A DNA stretch of 53,001 nucleotides from Candidatus Parcubacteria bacterium. Its GTDB lineage: Bacteria; Patescibacteriota; Minisyncoccia; Phycocordibacterales; EsbW-18. Positions 8,918 through 17,767 of the stretch are shown here, piece after piece (the first letter of the stretch is position 1; every line of letters begins with the position of its first letter). The DNA lies in contig JBDKFZ010000009.1 of assembly GCA_039798445.1 (NCBI GenBank), forward strand, positions 1 to 53,001, in the 5' to 3' direction. Made by a program: the position numbers and the translations under genes. The notes beneath the pieces were generated by a model that ran no database searches, was not told where the DNA came from, and worked only from the letters and a program-made list of their open reading frames with translations.

Positions 8918-11116
8918 ATGACGAAACACACTCGAAATACGCTCCTTTTGCTCGCTGGTTCACTCATTGCCCTCATCGCCGGAGGTGTCTTCCTCTGGGC
9001 AGCATCCCTCCGTTTGCCCGAGTTCAACGTCATCAACGACCGTAAGATCGAGCAGTCAACCAAAATCTACGACCGCACCGGCAAAATTCTCCTCAACGAC
9101 GTCCACCAAGATATCCGCCGAACGGTCGTTCCTTTCGATCAGATGTCGAGAAACATCAAGAATGCCACCGTGGCAATCGAAGATGCTGAATTCTATGAAC
9201 ACGCCGGCATTAAACCGACAGCAATCATCCGCGCAGTTCTCACCAACCTTATCAGCGGTGATCTCCTCAGCGGACAGGGTGGTTCGACAATCACACAACA
9301 GGTCGTAAAAAATGCCCTACTCACAACCGAGAAGAGCATTACTCGAAAGCTCAAAGAGTGGGTTATTGCGATTAAGGTCGAACGTATCATGACAAAAGAA
9401 GAGATTCTTGCACTCTATCTCAACGAGGCTCCGTACGGCGGCAATATCTACGGTGTCCAAGAGGCTTCTCGTCAGTTCTTTAATAAAAGCGCGTTGGATG
9501 TGACACTCGCCGAAGCCGCATATCTCGCCGCACTTCCTCAGGCGCCAACATACTACTCGCCTTACGGTGGCAACCTTGCTGATCTCGACAAGCGCAAGAG
9601 TCTTGTTCTCGAGCGCATGGAAGAGATCGGTTTTATTACTGAAGAAGAACGCGAGATTGCAGACAAAGAGATCGTCACGTTCAACCCTCGACCCGACCAA
9701 AGCGTCCAGGCTCCTCATTTTGTTTTTTATGTCCGTGATTATCTCGAAAAGAAATACGGTCAAGCAGCAGTCGAGGAACGCGGATTCAAAGTAACCACAA
9801 CGCTCGACTTTGAGCTCCAAAAGAGCGCCGAAGAAATCATCCTCAAGGGTGCTTTGGAAAACGAAAAGAATTTTAATGCTTCAAATGCCGGCGCTATCGC
9901 TCTCGACCCAAACACCGGACAGATTCTTGCGATGGTGGGTTCCCGTGATTACTTTGACGAGAATATCGACGGTGCGGTCAACGTAACCCTCGCAAAACGC
10001 CAACCCGGTTCATCGTTCAAGCCGTTCGTCTACGCCACCGCGTTCAAAAAGGGTTACACCCCAAACACCATTCTCTTTGATGTGCCAATGCAATTCTCAA
10101 CCGCGTGTAGCGTCAGCAATATGACGAGCGAGGGTGAGTGTTACAGCCCAAAGAACTACGACAATGTCTTCCGCGGACCAATGACGGTTCGTAATGCACT
10201 CGCACAGTCGATCAACGTTCCTGCAATCCAAGGCCTCTACCTCGCCGGTATCAACGAGTCACTCAAGACGGCCCGCGATCTCGGCATTAGCACGCTCGCC
10301 GATGCGGGTCGCTATGGACTCACGCTTGTCCTCGGAGGTGGTGAAGTAACGCTCCTCGAAATGGCGGGTGCATATGGAACATTCGCAAACGAAGGCGCAC
10401 GCAATCCTACGGTCGCCATCTTGAAGATCGAAGACAGCGAAGGAAACCTCCTCGAAGAATTCTCCGAGAAGCCGTACCGCGTGCTTGATCGCAACATTGC
10501 ACTGCAAATCTCGGACATCTTGTCAGACAACACTGCTCGTACTCCTTCATACGGAGAACGTTCATCGCTCTACTTCCCTGGATACGATGTCGCCGCAAAA
10601 ACCGGTACAACCAACGACTACCGCGACGCATGGATTCTTGGTTACAATCCGAATGTTGTTGTTGGTGCGTGGGCAGGAAACAACGACAACACTCCAATGG
10701 AAAAGAAAGTCGCCGGCCTCATCATCGCGCCGCTCTGGCACCAGATCATGGATGTGGCGCTGCAAAATGTCGACAATGACAACTTCCCTTCTCCTGAATA
10801 CAACTACGACGAAGACACCAAGCCTGTCCTCAGAGGCATCTGGCAAGGTGGTGAGTACACCGACAAAAGGGGTAAGGTTGTTCCCGACGGCAAGGGTGGT
10901 GACTACGTCCGCCAAGATGTTCACTCAATTCTCTACTGGGTAGACAAAGACACACCAACAGGTCCGATTCCTTCAAACCCTCAAAAAGATCCTCAATTCA
11001 AATATTGGGAATACGGCGTTCTCAACTGGGCCGCTCGTAATGGCTACAACCAATCTGGTGTTGTTATTCCAGTAACGAAGATTCAGTCAAACAACAATTC
11101 TGCTGACGAGAATTAG
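8918..11116 (+). CDS. Class A penicillin-binding protein (glycosyltransferase plus transpeptidase)
   Basis: N-terminal TM, EDAEFYEHAGI, GGSTITQQ, SSFKP (SxxK), SIN and KTGT. ORF trimmed to MTKHTRN... Confidence 0.9.
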   Translation: MTKHTRNTLLLLAGSLIALIAGGVFLWAASLRLPEFNVINDRKIEQSTKIYDRTGKILLNDVHQDIRRTVVPFDQMSRNIKNATVAIEDAEFYEHAGIKPTAIIRAVLTNLISGDLLSGQGGSTITQQVVKNALLTTEKSITRKLKEWVIAIKVERIMTKEEILALYLNEAPYGGNIYGVQEASRQFFNKSALDVTLAEAAYLAALPQAPTYYSPYGGNLADLDKRKSLVLERMEEIGFITEEEREIADKEIVTFNPRPDQSVQAPHFVFYVRDYLEKKYGQAAVEERGFKVTTTLDFELQKSAEEIILKGALENEKNFNASNAGAIALDPNTGQILAMVGSRDYFDENIDGAVNVTLAKRQPGSSFKPFVYATAFKKGYTPNTILFDVPMQFSTACSVSNMTSEGECYSPKNYDNVFRGPMTVRNALAQSINVPAIQGLYLAGINESLKTARDLGISTLADAGRYGLTLVLGGGEVTLLEMAGAYGTFANEGARNPTVAILKIEDSEGNLLEEFSEKPYRVLDRNIALQISDILSDNTARTPSYGERSSLYFPGYDVAAKTGTTNDYRDAWILGYNPNVVVGAWAGNNDNTPMEKKVAGLIIAPLWHQIMDVALQNVDNDNFPSPEYNYDEDTKPVLRGIWQGGEYTDKRGKVVPDGKGGDYVRQDVHSILYWVDKDTPTGPIPSNPQKDPQFKYWEYGVLNWAARNGYNQSGVVIPVTKIQSNNNSADEN

Positions 11117-11118
11117 TT

Positions 11119-11376
11119 TTACCGAATCGCACTGATTCCCTTTCGTCCTAGACGCTCCTCCACACGCTTCAAAATCGCGCTCTGACGCATGAAGAGTGCT
11201 GATTTGAGCGTTGTGTCGATATCAACGTACGCCACGTCTCCGACGATTTTAATGTCTCGCTGAGGGATATCCATGTTGGCGACATCTTTAATACTCTCCG
11301 AGAGCGCGCGCCGGACGGCCGTATCGGGTGCGGCGAGCTTAAAATATCGATCAAGTAAGTCGCGGATGTTTTGCAT
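11119..11376 (-). CDS. DUF721/DciA-like small protein
   Basis: 85 aa immediately downstream of dnaN. The pattern IKIVGDVAYVDIDTTLKSALFMRQSAILKRVEERLG resembles DUF721. Confidence 0.55.
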   Translation of the reverse strand: MQNIRDLLDRYFKLAAPDTAVRRALSESIKDVANMDIPQRDIKIVGDVAYVDIDTTLKSALFMRQSAILKRVEERLGRKGISAIR

Positions 11377-11389
11377 GGAGAATCGTTAG

Positions 11390-12490
11390 TTATCGATTCA
11401 TCGGCATCACGATGTACGTGAATGATTGATCTCCTACTGAACGAATTCGAGCCGGCTTTCCTGCTCCGGCGAATTCGATGGCGATGCGGTCTGTTTTGAT
11501 TGATTGAAGTGGATCTGACCAATATGCGTAGTTAAAATTGAGTTCAAGTGATTCGCCGGTGACATCTCCTTCGAGCGTAACCACACTCTCTCCCGTTGTT
11601 GGATTGATGGTTTTGAGTGTGATGGTGTTTTCGTCAGCATCAAACTTGGCTGAGACCTTGTTGAACTGGTCTGAGAAAATGCGCGACTGTTTGAGCGCAT
11701 CGAGCATGTCCTGTTTGAGGAGTGTTGCTTGTGAGCCAAACTCTTTTGGAATGATCTGTTGGTAGTCGGGGAACACACCGTCGATGATTCGTGATGAGAT
11801 GTACGATCCATCGACCTCGATACCAATCTGATGCCCGTCTCCACGCACTACAATCGCGCTGTCGGCGTTCTCTATGTGTCGGACGACCTCTGCGACATTC
11901 TTGAGGGGTATGAGCACTCCTTCGAACGATTCAGACGCCTTTCCGGTGAATCGTTTTTCTGCGAGTCTAAACGAATCTGTGGCGACACAGGTAAGTTCTG
12001 ATCCATTTGCGAATATATACACGCTCGAAAGCTCTGGCTTGATTGATGTTGTTGATGCTGCCCACCAAACCGAGCGTAGTGCAGCAGCAAATTCAGACGC
12101 TTTGACTGAGAAGAGCTCATTAGTTGGTGCTGGCGGCAAAAGTGGGAAATCTTCATGGTTATTCACCGGAACCTTAATCTCAGTCTTTGGAGTGGTGATA
12201 ACGATGTGTTTATCCTCACTCTTCATAGTGAGCATGTCTGCATTTGGTGTAGCACCGAGGAACGAGCCGAGCGTTGCCGCAGGAACAGCGGCTACGCCGT
12301 CTTCCTCGACCTGTGCCGGGATTCTTACTTCGAGACCGAGGTCGAGGTTCGTCGCACGAAGCACCACTTCTTTTCCTTGGGCCAAAATGAGAACACAGTG
12401 AAGAACCGGAAGTGAGAGATGTTTACCTGCGATTCGCTCTGCTTGAGCGACTCCTTTTTGAAATGCATCTTTGTTCACTGAGAATCTCAT
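11390..12490 (-). CDS. dnaN: DNA polymerase III beta sliding clamp
   Basis: 366 aa, position after dnaA, and typical three-domain clamp sequence (MRFSVNKDAF...IVMPMN). Confidence 0.93.
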   Translation of the reverse strand: MRFSVNKDAFQKGVAQAERIAGKHLSLPVLHCVLILAQGKEVVLRATNLDLGLEVRIPAQVEEDGVAAVPAATLGSFLGATPNADMLTMKSEDKHIVITTPKTEIKVPVNNHEDFPLLPPAPTNELFSVKASEFAAALRSVWWAASTTSIKPELSSVYIFANGSELTCVATDSFRLAEKRFTGKASESFEGVLIPLKNVAEVVRHIENADSAIVVRGDGHQIGIEVDGSYISSRIIDGVFPDYQQIIPKEFGSQATLLKQDMLDALKQSRIFSDQFNKVSAKFDADENTITLKTINPTTGESVVTLEGDVTGESLELNFNYAYWSDPLQSIKTDRIAIEFAGAGKPARIRSVGDQSFTYIVMPMNR

Positions 12491-12736
12491 AGGTGTGGAG
12501 TATTTATTACTAAAGAAAAGATACTACTACTATTAGGGCGGTGGATATGTGGAGATGTCGTTCGTTTGTTCTCATACAAGCTTTTTCTCGGACATACTCT
12601 GTGGATTATTTTGTATCGACTGTGTCTGAATCGGGGACTAATTTTTTCAATCCGATTTTCATCTCCCCGTCTCCCCTACTTGTCTCCATTCTGTCCGACC
12701 ACTTTTCACTCATCTCTACAGAACTTTTCCCCAGAC
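12491..12736. promoter_or_regulatory. Candidate oriC module (DnaA-box-like cluster plus AT-rich tract)
   Basis: Same-orientation TGTGGA-type boxes at 12494 (tgtggagta), 12540 (ggtggatat), 12548 (tgtggagat) and 12600 (tgtggatta, 8/9). AT-rich tract at 12501-12537. Confidence 0.4.
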
Positions 12737-14110
12737 TTATACCATTCCTCTCAGCTGCGTGATCTCCTGCTCGAGCTGATGATCGGTCTTGAGATCCTCC
12801 TTTACCTTCTCGTATGAGTGGATGACGGTGGTGTGATCACGACCGCCGAGCTTTTGTCCGATGGTTGGGTATGGCAACGCAAAATCTTCGCGCAAAAGAT
12901 ACATGATGACTTGACGCGGCTTCACAACTTCTTTTTTGCGGCTCTTTTTGTAGATGCTTTCTTCGTCGAGGTTATAGAATCCTGCAACCATCTTTACGAT
13001 GTCTTTTACCGCAACCATTTTCTTTGGTTTGATGTTGTTCTTAACAATCTCTTTGACCTCCTGGAGCGTCAGATCGCGTTTCTTGAACTGTATCTGACCG
13101 AGAATGGAGTTGAGGGCACCTTCGAGTTCGCGGATGTTTCCTTCGAGTGCACTTGAGAGGAAAGCAATGATGTCATCAGGGAGCACAACGCCGCTTTCAG
13201 CAGCCTTTGCTTTGACGATGGCGGTGCGTGATTCGGGGTCTGGTGATTGAATATCAACCGTCATGCCAGCGTTAAAGCGCGATTTGAGGCGGTCTGCGAT
13301 TGATGCGATGTAGTTTGGGTGACGGTCTGAAGAGAAGATGATCTGACCGTTACGTTCGTAGATATCGTTGAACATATGGAAGAGCTCCTCCTGAGTCTTT
13401 TGGGTGTTTGAAAGGAACTGAACGTCGTCCATGATGATGACGTCGTACTTTCGGTACTTCTCTTTGAACGCATTTGCGCTGTTGGTTTGAATTGAGTTGA
13501 TGTAGTCCTGCGAAAAACGCTCTGACGTAACGTAATAGACTTTTTTCTCGGGGAATTTTTGTTTGATTTCATTCCCTACCGCTTGGATGAGGTGGGTTTT
13601 TCCGTTTCCTGTTTGTCCGTAGATGAAAAACGGATTGTAGCGACGGCCCGGGCGTTCGATGATTGCTTGTGCGGCGGCGTGTGCAATTTCGTTGAACGTA
13701 CCAACAATGAATGATGAGAACGTATAGCGTGGATTGAGATTGTCGCTCTTGTTGATATAGAGATCGCGAAGTGGAAGTTCCCCTCCCATTGACGACGCCA
13801 TCGACGACTCGAGCGTTGCTGTCGGCATCGTTGTGTCTTCGGGAGCTTTGGTTGATATGGTGTATTCAACAGAACGAACAACATCAGAGAGCTCGCGGAG
13901 CGTCTTAAGAATCGTCTTGTGGTGTTTGGTGTGGATCCAATCTTTGGCAAAGAGGTTTGGAACACCGACGATGACAGTCCCCTCTTCGACGCGGACGATG
14001 TGGGTACCTTTGAACCATGTTCGGAAGCTCGCGCTCGATACCGACGACTCAACCGCAGAAAGCACATGCTTCCAAAGAGTCTTTGTGTCGGTTGGAGGAG
14101 GGAGTGTCAT
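12737..14110 (-). CDS. dnaA: Chromosomal replication initiator DnaA
   Basis: GQTGNGKTHL and a domain IV motif RDHTTVIHSYEKV. Head-to-head with rpmH. Confidence 0.97.
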   Translation of the reverse strand: MTLPPPTDTKTLWKHVLSAVESSVSSASFRTWFKGTHIVRVEEGTVIVGVPNLFAKDWIHTKHHKTILKTLRELSDVVRSVEYTISTKAPEDTTMPTATLESSMASSMGGELPLRDLYINKSDNLNPRYTFSSFIVGTFNEIAHAAAQAIIERPGRRYNPFFIYGQTGNGKTHLIQAVGNEIKQKFPEKKVYYVTSERFSQDYINSIQTNSANAFKEKYRKYDVIIMDDVQFLSNTQKTQEELFHMFNDIYERNGQIIFSSDRHPNYIASIADRLKSRFNAGMTVDIQSPDPESRTAIVKAKAAESGVVLPDDIIAFLSSALEGNIRELEGALNSILGQIQFKKRDLTLQEVKEIVKNNIKPKKMVAVKDIVKMVAGFYNLDEESIYKKSRKKEVVKPRQVIMYLLREDFALPYPTIGQKLGGRDHTTVIHSYEKVKEDLKTDHQLEQEITQLRGMV

Positions 14111-14130
14111 GGAGAGTTTGGTCGCGCATC

Positions 14131-14136
14131 ATTATA
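14131..14136 (-). promoter_or_regulatory. Perfect TATAAT -10 box upstream of dnaA
   Basis: The reverse complement of attata lies 20 nt upstream of the dnaA ATG. No SD sequence is visible. Confidence 0.4.
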
Positions 14137-14213
14137 CGCATGTCCACCCATCACCAGAACTTGTGATGAGGGCATAAACATGTTAATAATGTGTGGGTAA
14201 CTGATATTCCATC

Positions 14214-14351
14214 ATGAAACGAACGTACCAACCAAAGAAAAGGAAGCGCGCAAAGACGCACGGATTCCTCGTTAAGATGAAGACTGCCGGTGGCCGCAAG
14301 ATGATTAAGCGCCGTCGCACCAAGGGCCGAGCCAAGCTCTCGACTGTCTAA
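14214..14351 (+). CDS. rpmH: 50S ribosomal protein L34
   Basis: Below the ORF-track cutoff. My translation is [45 protein letters not shown]. Confidence 0.95.
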   Translation: MKRTYQPKKRKRAKTHGFLVKMKTAGGRKMIKRRRTKGRAKLSTV

Positions 14352-14359
14352 ACCCTCCT

Positions 14360-14698
14360 ATGCTTCAAAAAAGCCGCAGATTGACGCGGCACACCTTCCC
14401 AAACGACCACAGGGAGGGTTTTGTCGTTCACTCGACCCATATTTCACTGCGAATCACCCCTAAAAACGCTGAAAAAGCACGTTTTTCAGCCGTTATTTCA
14501 AAAAAGGTCGCCTCAGGATCACCCGAACGCCACACATGGAAGCGCCGAATATACGAAATTGTGGCCATTTTCGACAAAAAGACCCCTCTTCCACCAGCTT
14601 CCTATGTCTTTTTTGCAAAAAAGGGCTCAACCAAGCTCTCTTATAAGGATTTGACCACAGAATCCGAGGAACTCATCCGTCAGGGCCTCAGAAAGTAA
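14360..14698 (+). CDS. rnpA: RNase P protein component
   Basis: 112 aa basic protein directly after rpmH (RFSAVISKKVASGSPERHTWKRRIYE). Confidence 0.85.
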   Translation: MLQKSRRLTRHTFPNDHREGFVVHSTHISLRITPKNAEKARFSAVISKKVASGSPERHTWKRRIYEIVAIFDKKTPLPPASYVFFAKKGSTKLSYKDLTTESEELIRQGLRK

Positions 14699-14739
14699 GA
14701 CTAGGCTCCGCTTCCACCATTCCTGCGGAAATGTCCCAG

Positions 14740-14821
14740 CCCGCCCCTCTCGCGGTCTCGCTTGCTAGCTCGCCGCTCGACTCGCGCCAGTCGCGCTCCG
14801 CAGGCTCCTTGGAGGGACGGG
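14740..14821 (+). repeat. GC-rich hairpin repeat, copy A (50-nt core 14751-14800)
   Basis: The core is the exact reverse complement of 48253-48302. It is closed by cccgcccctc/gagggacggg (9 of 10 bp). Confidence 0.85.
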
Positions 14822-14859
14822 TCGCTTCGCTCTGCACCACGTATTTCGGGCTTTTTTCA

Positions 14860-14883
14860 TAAAAGTTAATCGCCAATCGCTAA
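14860..14883 (+). promoter_or_regulatory. Shared leader/promoter element TAAAAGYTAATCGCCAATYGCTAA, copy 1
   Basis: 22/24 identical to 50736-50759. TATACT at 14893-14898 sits 7 nt before the yidC ATG. Confidence 0.5.
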
Positions 14884-14905
14884 AAGCTTCTGTATACTGT
14901 TTCCC

Positions 14906-15649
14906 ATGTCAGACGGATTCTTCAGCACCATCGTCACCACACCGCTCTACAACGGTATGGTGCTTCTCATGGGGGCTCTTCCTTGGGCAGACTTGGGTGT
15001 TGTTATCATCCTCTTCACCTGCATCATCCGTCTCGTCCTCTTTCCTCTTGCCCAGAAGTCGGTTAAGACGCAGATTGTCATGCAGGAAATTCAGCCAAAG
15101 CTCGATGCAATCCGCGAACAATTCAAAGGCGACCCACAGCAACAGGCATCTCGAACGATGGCTGTCTACAAAGAGAACGGTCTCAACCCGTTCGCAAGTA
15201 TTCTTTTCATGTTTATCCAGATTCCGATCATCTTTGGGCTCTACTTTATGTTTCTGCACGCAGGATTTCCGTCGATTGATTCGAATTTTCTCTACTCTTT
15301 TGTTCACGTTCCAGCAGGTGTCGATACGATGTTCCTCGGCTTCATCGACATGACCGTCAAAAGCCTCCCAATCGCCATTCTTGCCGGTGTCTTCCAGTTC
15401 ATTCAGGCACAGCTCATGAAGATGCCAAAACCAAAGCAGGACGACAAGCCGTCGTTTGGTAAGGAGTTCACCAAGAGCCTTAACTTCCAGATGAAGTACG
15501 TCTTCCCACTCATCATCATCTTCGTTGCTGCCGCACTTCCAGCTTCAATCGCTCTCTATTGGGCAACGAGCAATGTCTTCTCCATCGGACAGGAGCTCTA
15601 CGTACGCAAGCACTTAAAGAAACAGGGTGACACTGTCGTTATCATCTAA
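14906..15649 (+). CDS. yidC: Membrane protein insertase YidC (short form)
   Basis: 247 aa polytopic protein in the rnpA-yidC position (PLAQKSVKTQIVMQEIQPKL..., ALYWATSNVFSIGQ). Confidence 0.9.
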   Translation: MSDGFFSTIVTTPLYNGMVLLMGALPWADLGVVIILFTCIIRLVLFPLAQKSVKTQIVMQEIQPKLDAIREQFKGDPQQQASRTMAVYKENGLNPFASILFMFIQIPIIFGLYFMFLHAGFPSIDSNFLYSFVHVPAGVDTMFLGFIDMTVKSLPIAILAGVFQFIQAQLMKMPKPKQDDKPSFGKEFTKSLNFQMKYVFPLIIIFVAAALPASIALYWATSNVFSIGQELYVRKHLKKQGDTVVII

Positions 15650-15656
15650 GTAGAAC

Positions 15657-16934
15657 TTACTCTACTACTGGAGAGACGTCCGCGACCCATCCGCGGAGGT
15701 CTTTTTTGTTTATGAGAGAGAGAATGGTGCCGTCGTCAGAGAGGTCGAGATTGATGATATCCATTGTCTGGTTGGCGTCGGTGTCTTCGGGCGCGTAGAG
15801 GAAGTCGTATATTTCATTCGCCACGTCGATTACCCAAATGCTGTCATTGAAAGAAGTGTTGCCTTGATACCACGCATCGGGCGTGTTGGCAGGGATGTTG
15901 TCAGGGATTGCACAGATGATTACGTCGTCGTCACGCCAGACGCATTTCTCAGGAAGGGTTCGGACCGACAACGGCTTTGTCTCTTGTGTGGCGCGTGTGA
16001 GAACAAACGAACGGAGCGTGTTTTGGGATGCGGTCGTATAAAGAACACGTGTGCCTGATGGGCTTGGCAGCACGGTCAAGCCGTTTCCCGAGATGACGCG
16101 GGTTGCACCACCATCCTTTTGTAGCGCATATGAAACGCCAGCAGCAGAGACAGAAGGTTTCGACGTGACGAAAATCTCCTCTGACGTCTCCCACGACGAT
16201 ACCCATTCGCGGAGTGGAGATGCGAAGACTGTCTTTTGATTTTGATTGGTGAGGGTTGAGAGCTTCCCGACACCTTGGTTCTGCGTCATTGTCATAAAGA
16301 AGGCCTCAGATCCGGTGGCACTCAAAGAAAACGAAGATATGTTTTGAGGGAAGAAGATGCCGGTAAGGTCATAGGGGTCTGGTCGCATTGTGGTCTTGAG
16401 ACGTGCAACGTATGTCTCGATTGTTTCGTTGTCTTCCGTGAGATAACGAAGTGCAACGGACGATCCGTTCTCTCCCCAGAGGACCTCTTGGATCGCAGGA
16501 ATCGTTGTGTTTGTCACGCGGAGCTCCTCCCCCGTTTCAAGGGAGATGTCATTGATGTGTCCGGTCTCACGCTCGACGAAGCGCACAAACTCCTCGGTTG
16601 TCGTAGCGCCCGTGGTCGTTGAGACTTCGATTGTGGTCGTGAACGTCGCGCCTGCGAGTATTGTGTTTCCTATTGGGAGCATCTGTGCACGTCGGAGACG
16701 TTCGCGGAATGAGGGTCCAGCCGGTGTCTCGACAGGTGTTGTTGTGGCAACAGGAGTCTCGTCATCACTAAATCCAAATGTGTCACCAAAGAAAGAAAGG
16801 AATCCGCGCTGCTCGCTCGTTGGTGTTGTGTCGACTCTTGTCCCGCTGGTTGTTGCGCGCACAAAGAACCAAACGCCGACCGCGATGGCGATTCCGATGA
16901 TGAGGATTGATGTGAGGATGGTCCAGCGTTTCAT
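15657..16934 (-). CDS. Hypothetical membrane-anchored extracytoplasmic protein (425 aa)
   Basis: N-terminal TM (ILTSILIIGIAIAVGVWFFV), a T-rich linker, and a beta-rich repetitive body. Last gene of the VirB4 operon. Confidence 0.6.
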   Translation of the reverse strand: MKRWTILTSILIIGIAIAVGVWFFVRATTSGTRVDTTPTSEQRGFLSFFGDTFGFSDDETPVATTTPVETPAGPSFRERLRRAQMLPIGNTILAGATFTTTIEVSTTTGATTTEEFVRFVERETGHINDISLETGEELRVTNTTIPAIQEVLWGENGSSVALRYLTEDNETIETYVARLKTTMRPDPYDLTGIFFPQNISSFSLSATGSEAFFMTMTQNQGVGKLSTLTNQNQKTVFASPLREWVSSWETSEEIFVTSKPSVSAAGVSYALQKDGGATRVISGNGLTVLPSPSGTRVLYTTASQNTLRSFVLTRATQETKPLSVRTLPEKCVWRDDDVIICAIPDNIPANTPDAWYQGNTSFNDSIWVIDVANEIYDFLYAPEDTDANQTMDIINLDLSDDGTILSLINKKDLRGWVADVSPVVE

Positions 16935-16940
16935 AGTAGT

Positions 16941-17765
16941 TTAAAAAGATACGTGCCAATGAGGAGCAACTCCTGGGCCACACTGAGCATCTTCCCAGTG
17001 GAATGTCAGACCGTCTTTGACCTTACCTTGAAAACAGGTACCCCCCGCTCCCCCAATGTAGGCATTTATTCCAGATTGCTGTCTGAGGTCGACGGTCCTA
17101 TTGTCTCTGTGGGTATTGTGGAGCCAATATTCTGTGCCAGCAGTAACGATGATCCGACAGCTTGGCTGGGCTGCCACGCACCGCGACTTGAGATTGATAA
17201 GACCTTCGATGGCACCCTGTGTGAGTCCGTGGACACTTGTGCACCCTCTTTGTCCGATGGTGGTGCAGTTTGCATTGTTTATGCCGATTCCTGCTGCTAA
17301 AAGGGCCTCTCGCTCGCTTGCATCACTCGGCCATGCCTCACCATCGTCAGTAGGAGTTGGTGGGGGCGGCGCGCCGCTTATTGCTGCATCAGCCGCCTGG
17401 TCGAGGCTCCTGACGAGATCGAACTTCACGAGGTTTGGATTGATGGTGTAGAGGATGAGCCACGCGCTAAAAGCGAGGATGAGACCCCAAACGATATTGC
17501 CGAGATTATTCTTGGAGGCGATTTTGACTCCCGGAATATCGGAGAACATGTACTGGATGCCGTTGATGACGAGCATAACGACGGCGAGTGTTACCGCAAT
17601 ACCGATGCCAAGCTGGAACAAGCCGTTCAGGTAGCTGCCAAAATCAGCGCTTTGTCCGATGAACGGGAGGTCTTTGACGATGAGATAGTCAGACGGTGCA
17701 GCCGAAGCAATCGAGGCGACGGTGAGGATCGATGCTGAGGCGAGATAAGAAAAGGTTTTTTTCAT
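16941..17765 (-). CDS. VirB2/TrbC-like pilin domain fused to a LAS (M15-like) zinc peptidase domain
   Basis: Signal peptide and two TM helices (LFQLGIGIAVTLAVVMLVINGIQYMF, IVWGLILAFSAWLILYTINPNL), then a PPPPTP linker. The C-domain has IIVTAGTE, HRDNRTVD (H-x6-D) and a terminal HWH. Confidence 0.65.
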   Translation of the reverse strand: MKKTFSYLASASILTVASIASAAPSDYLIVKDLPFIGQSADFGSYLNGLFQLGIGIAVTLAVVMLVINGIQYMFSDIPGVKIASKNNLGNIVWGLILAFSAWLILYTINPNLVKFDLVRSLDQAADAAISGAPPPPTPTDDGEAWPSDASEREALLAAGIGINNANCTTIGQRGCTSVHGLTQGAIEGLINLKSRCVAAQPSCRIIVTAGTEYWLHNTHRDNRTVDLRQQSGINAYIGGAGGTCFQGKVKDGLTFHWEDAQCGPGVAPHWHVSF

Positions 17766-17767
17766 AT

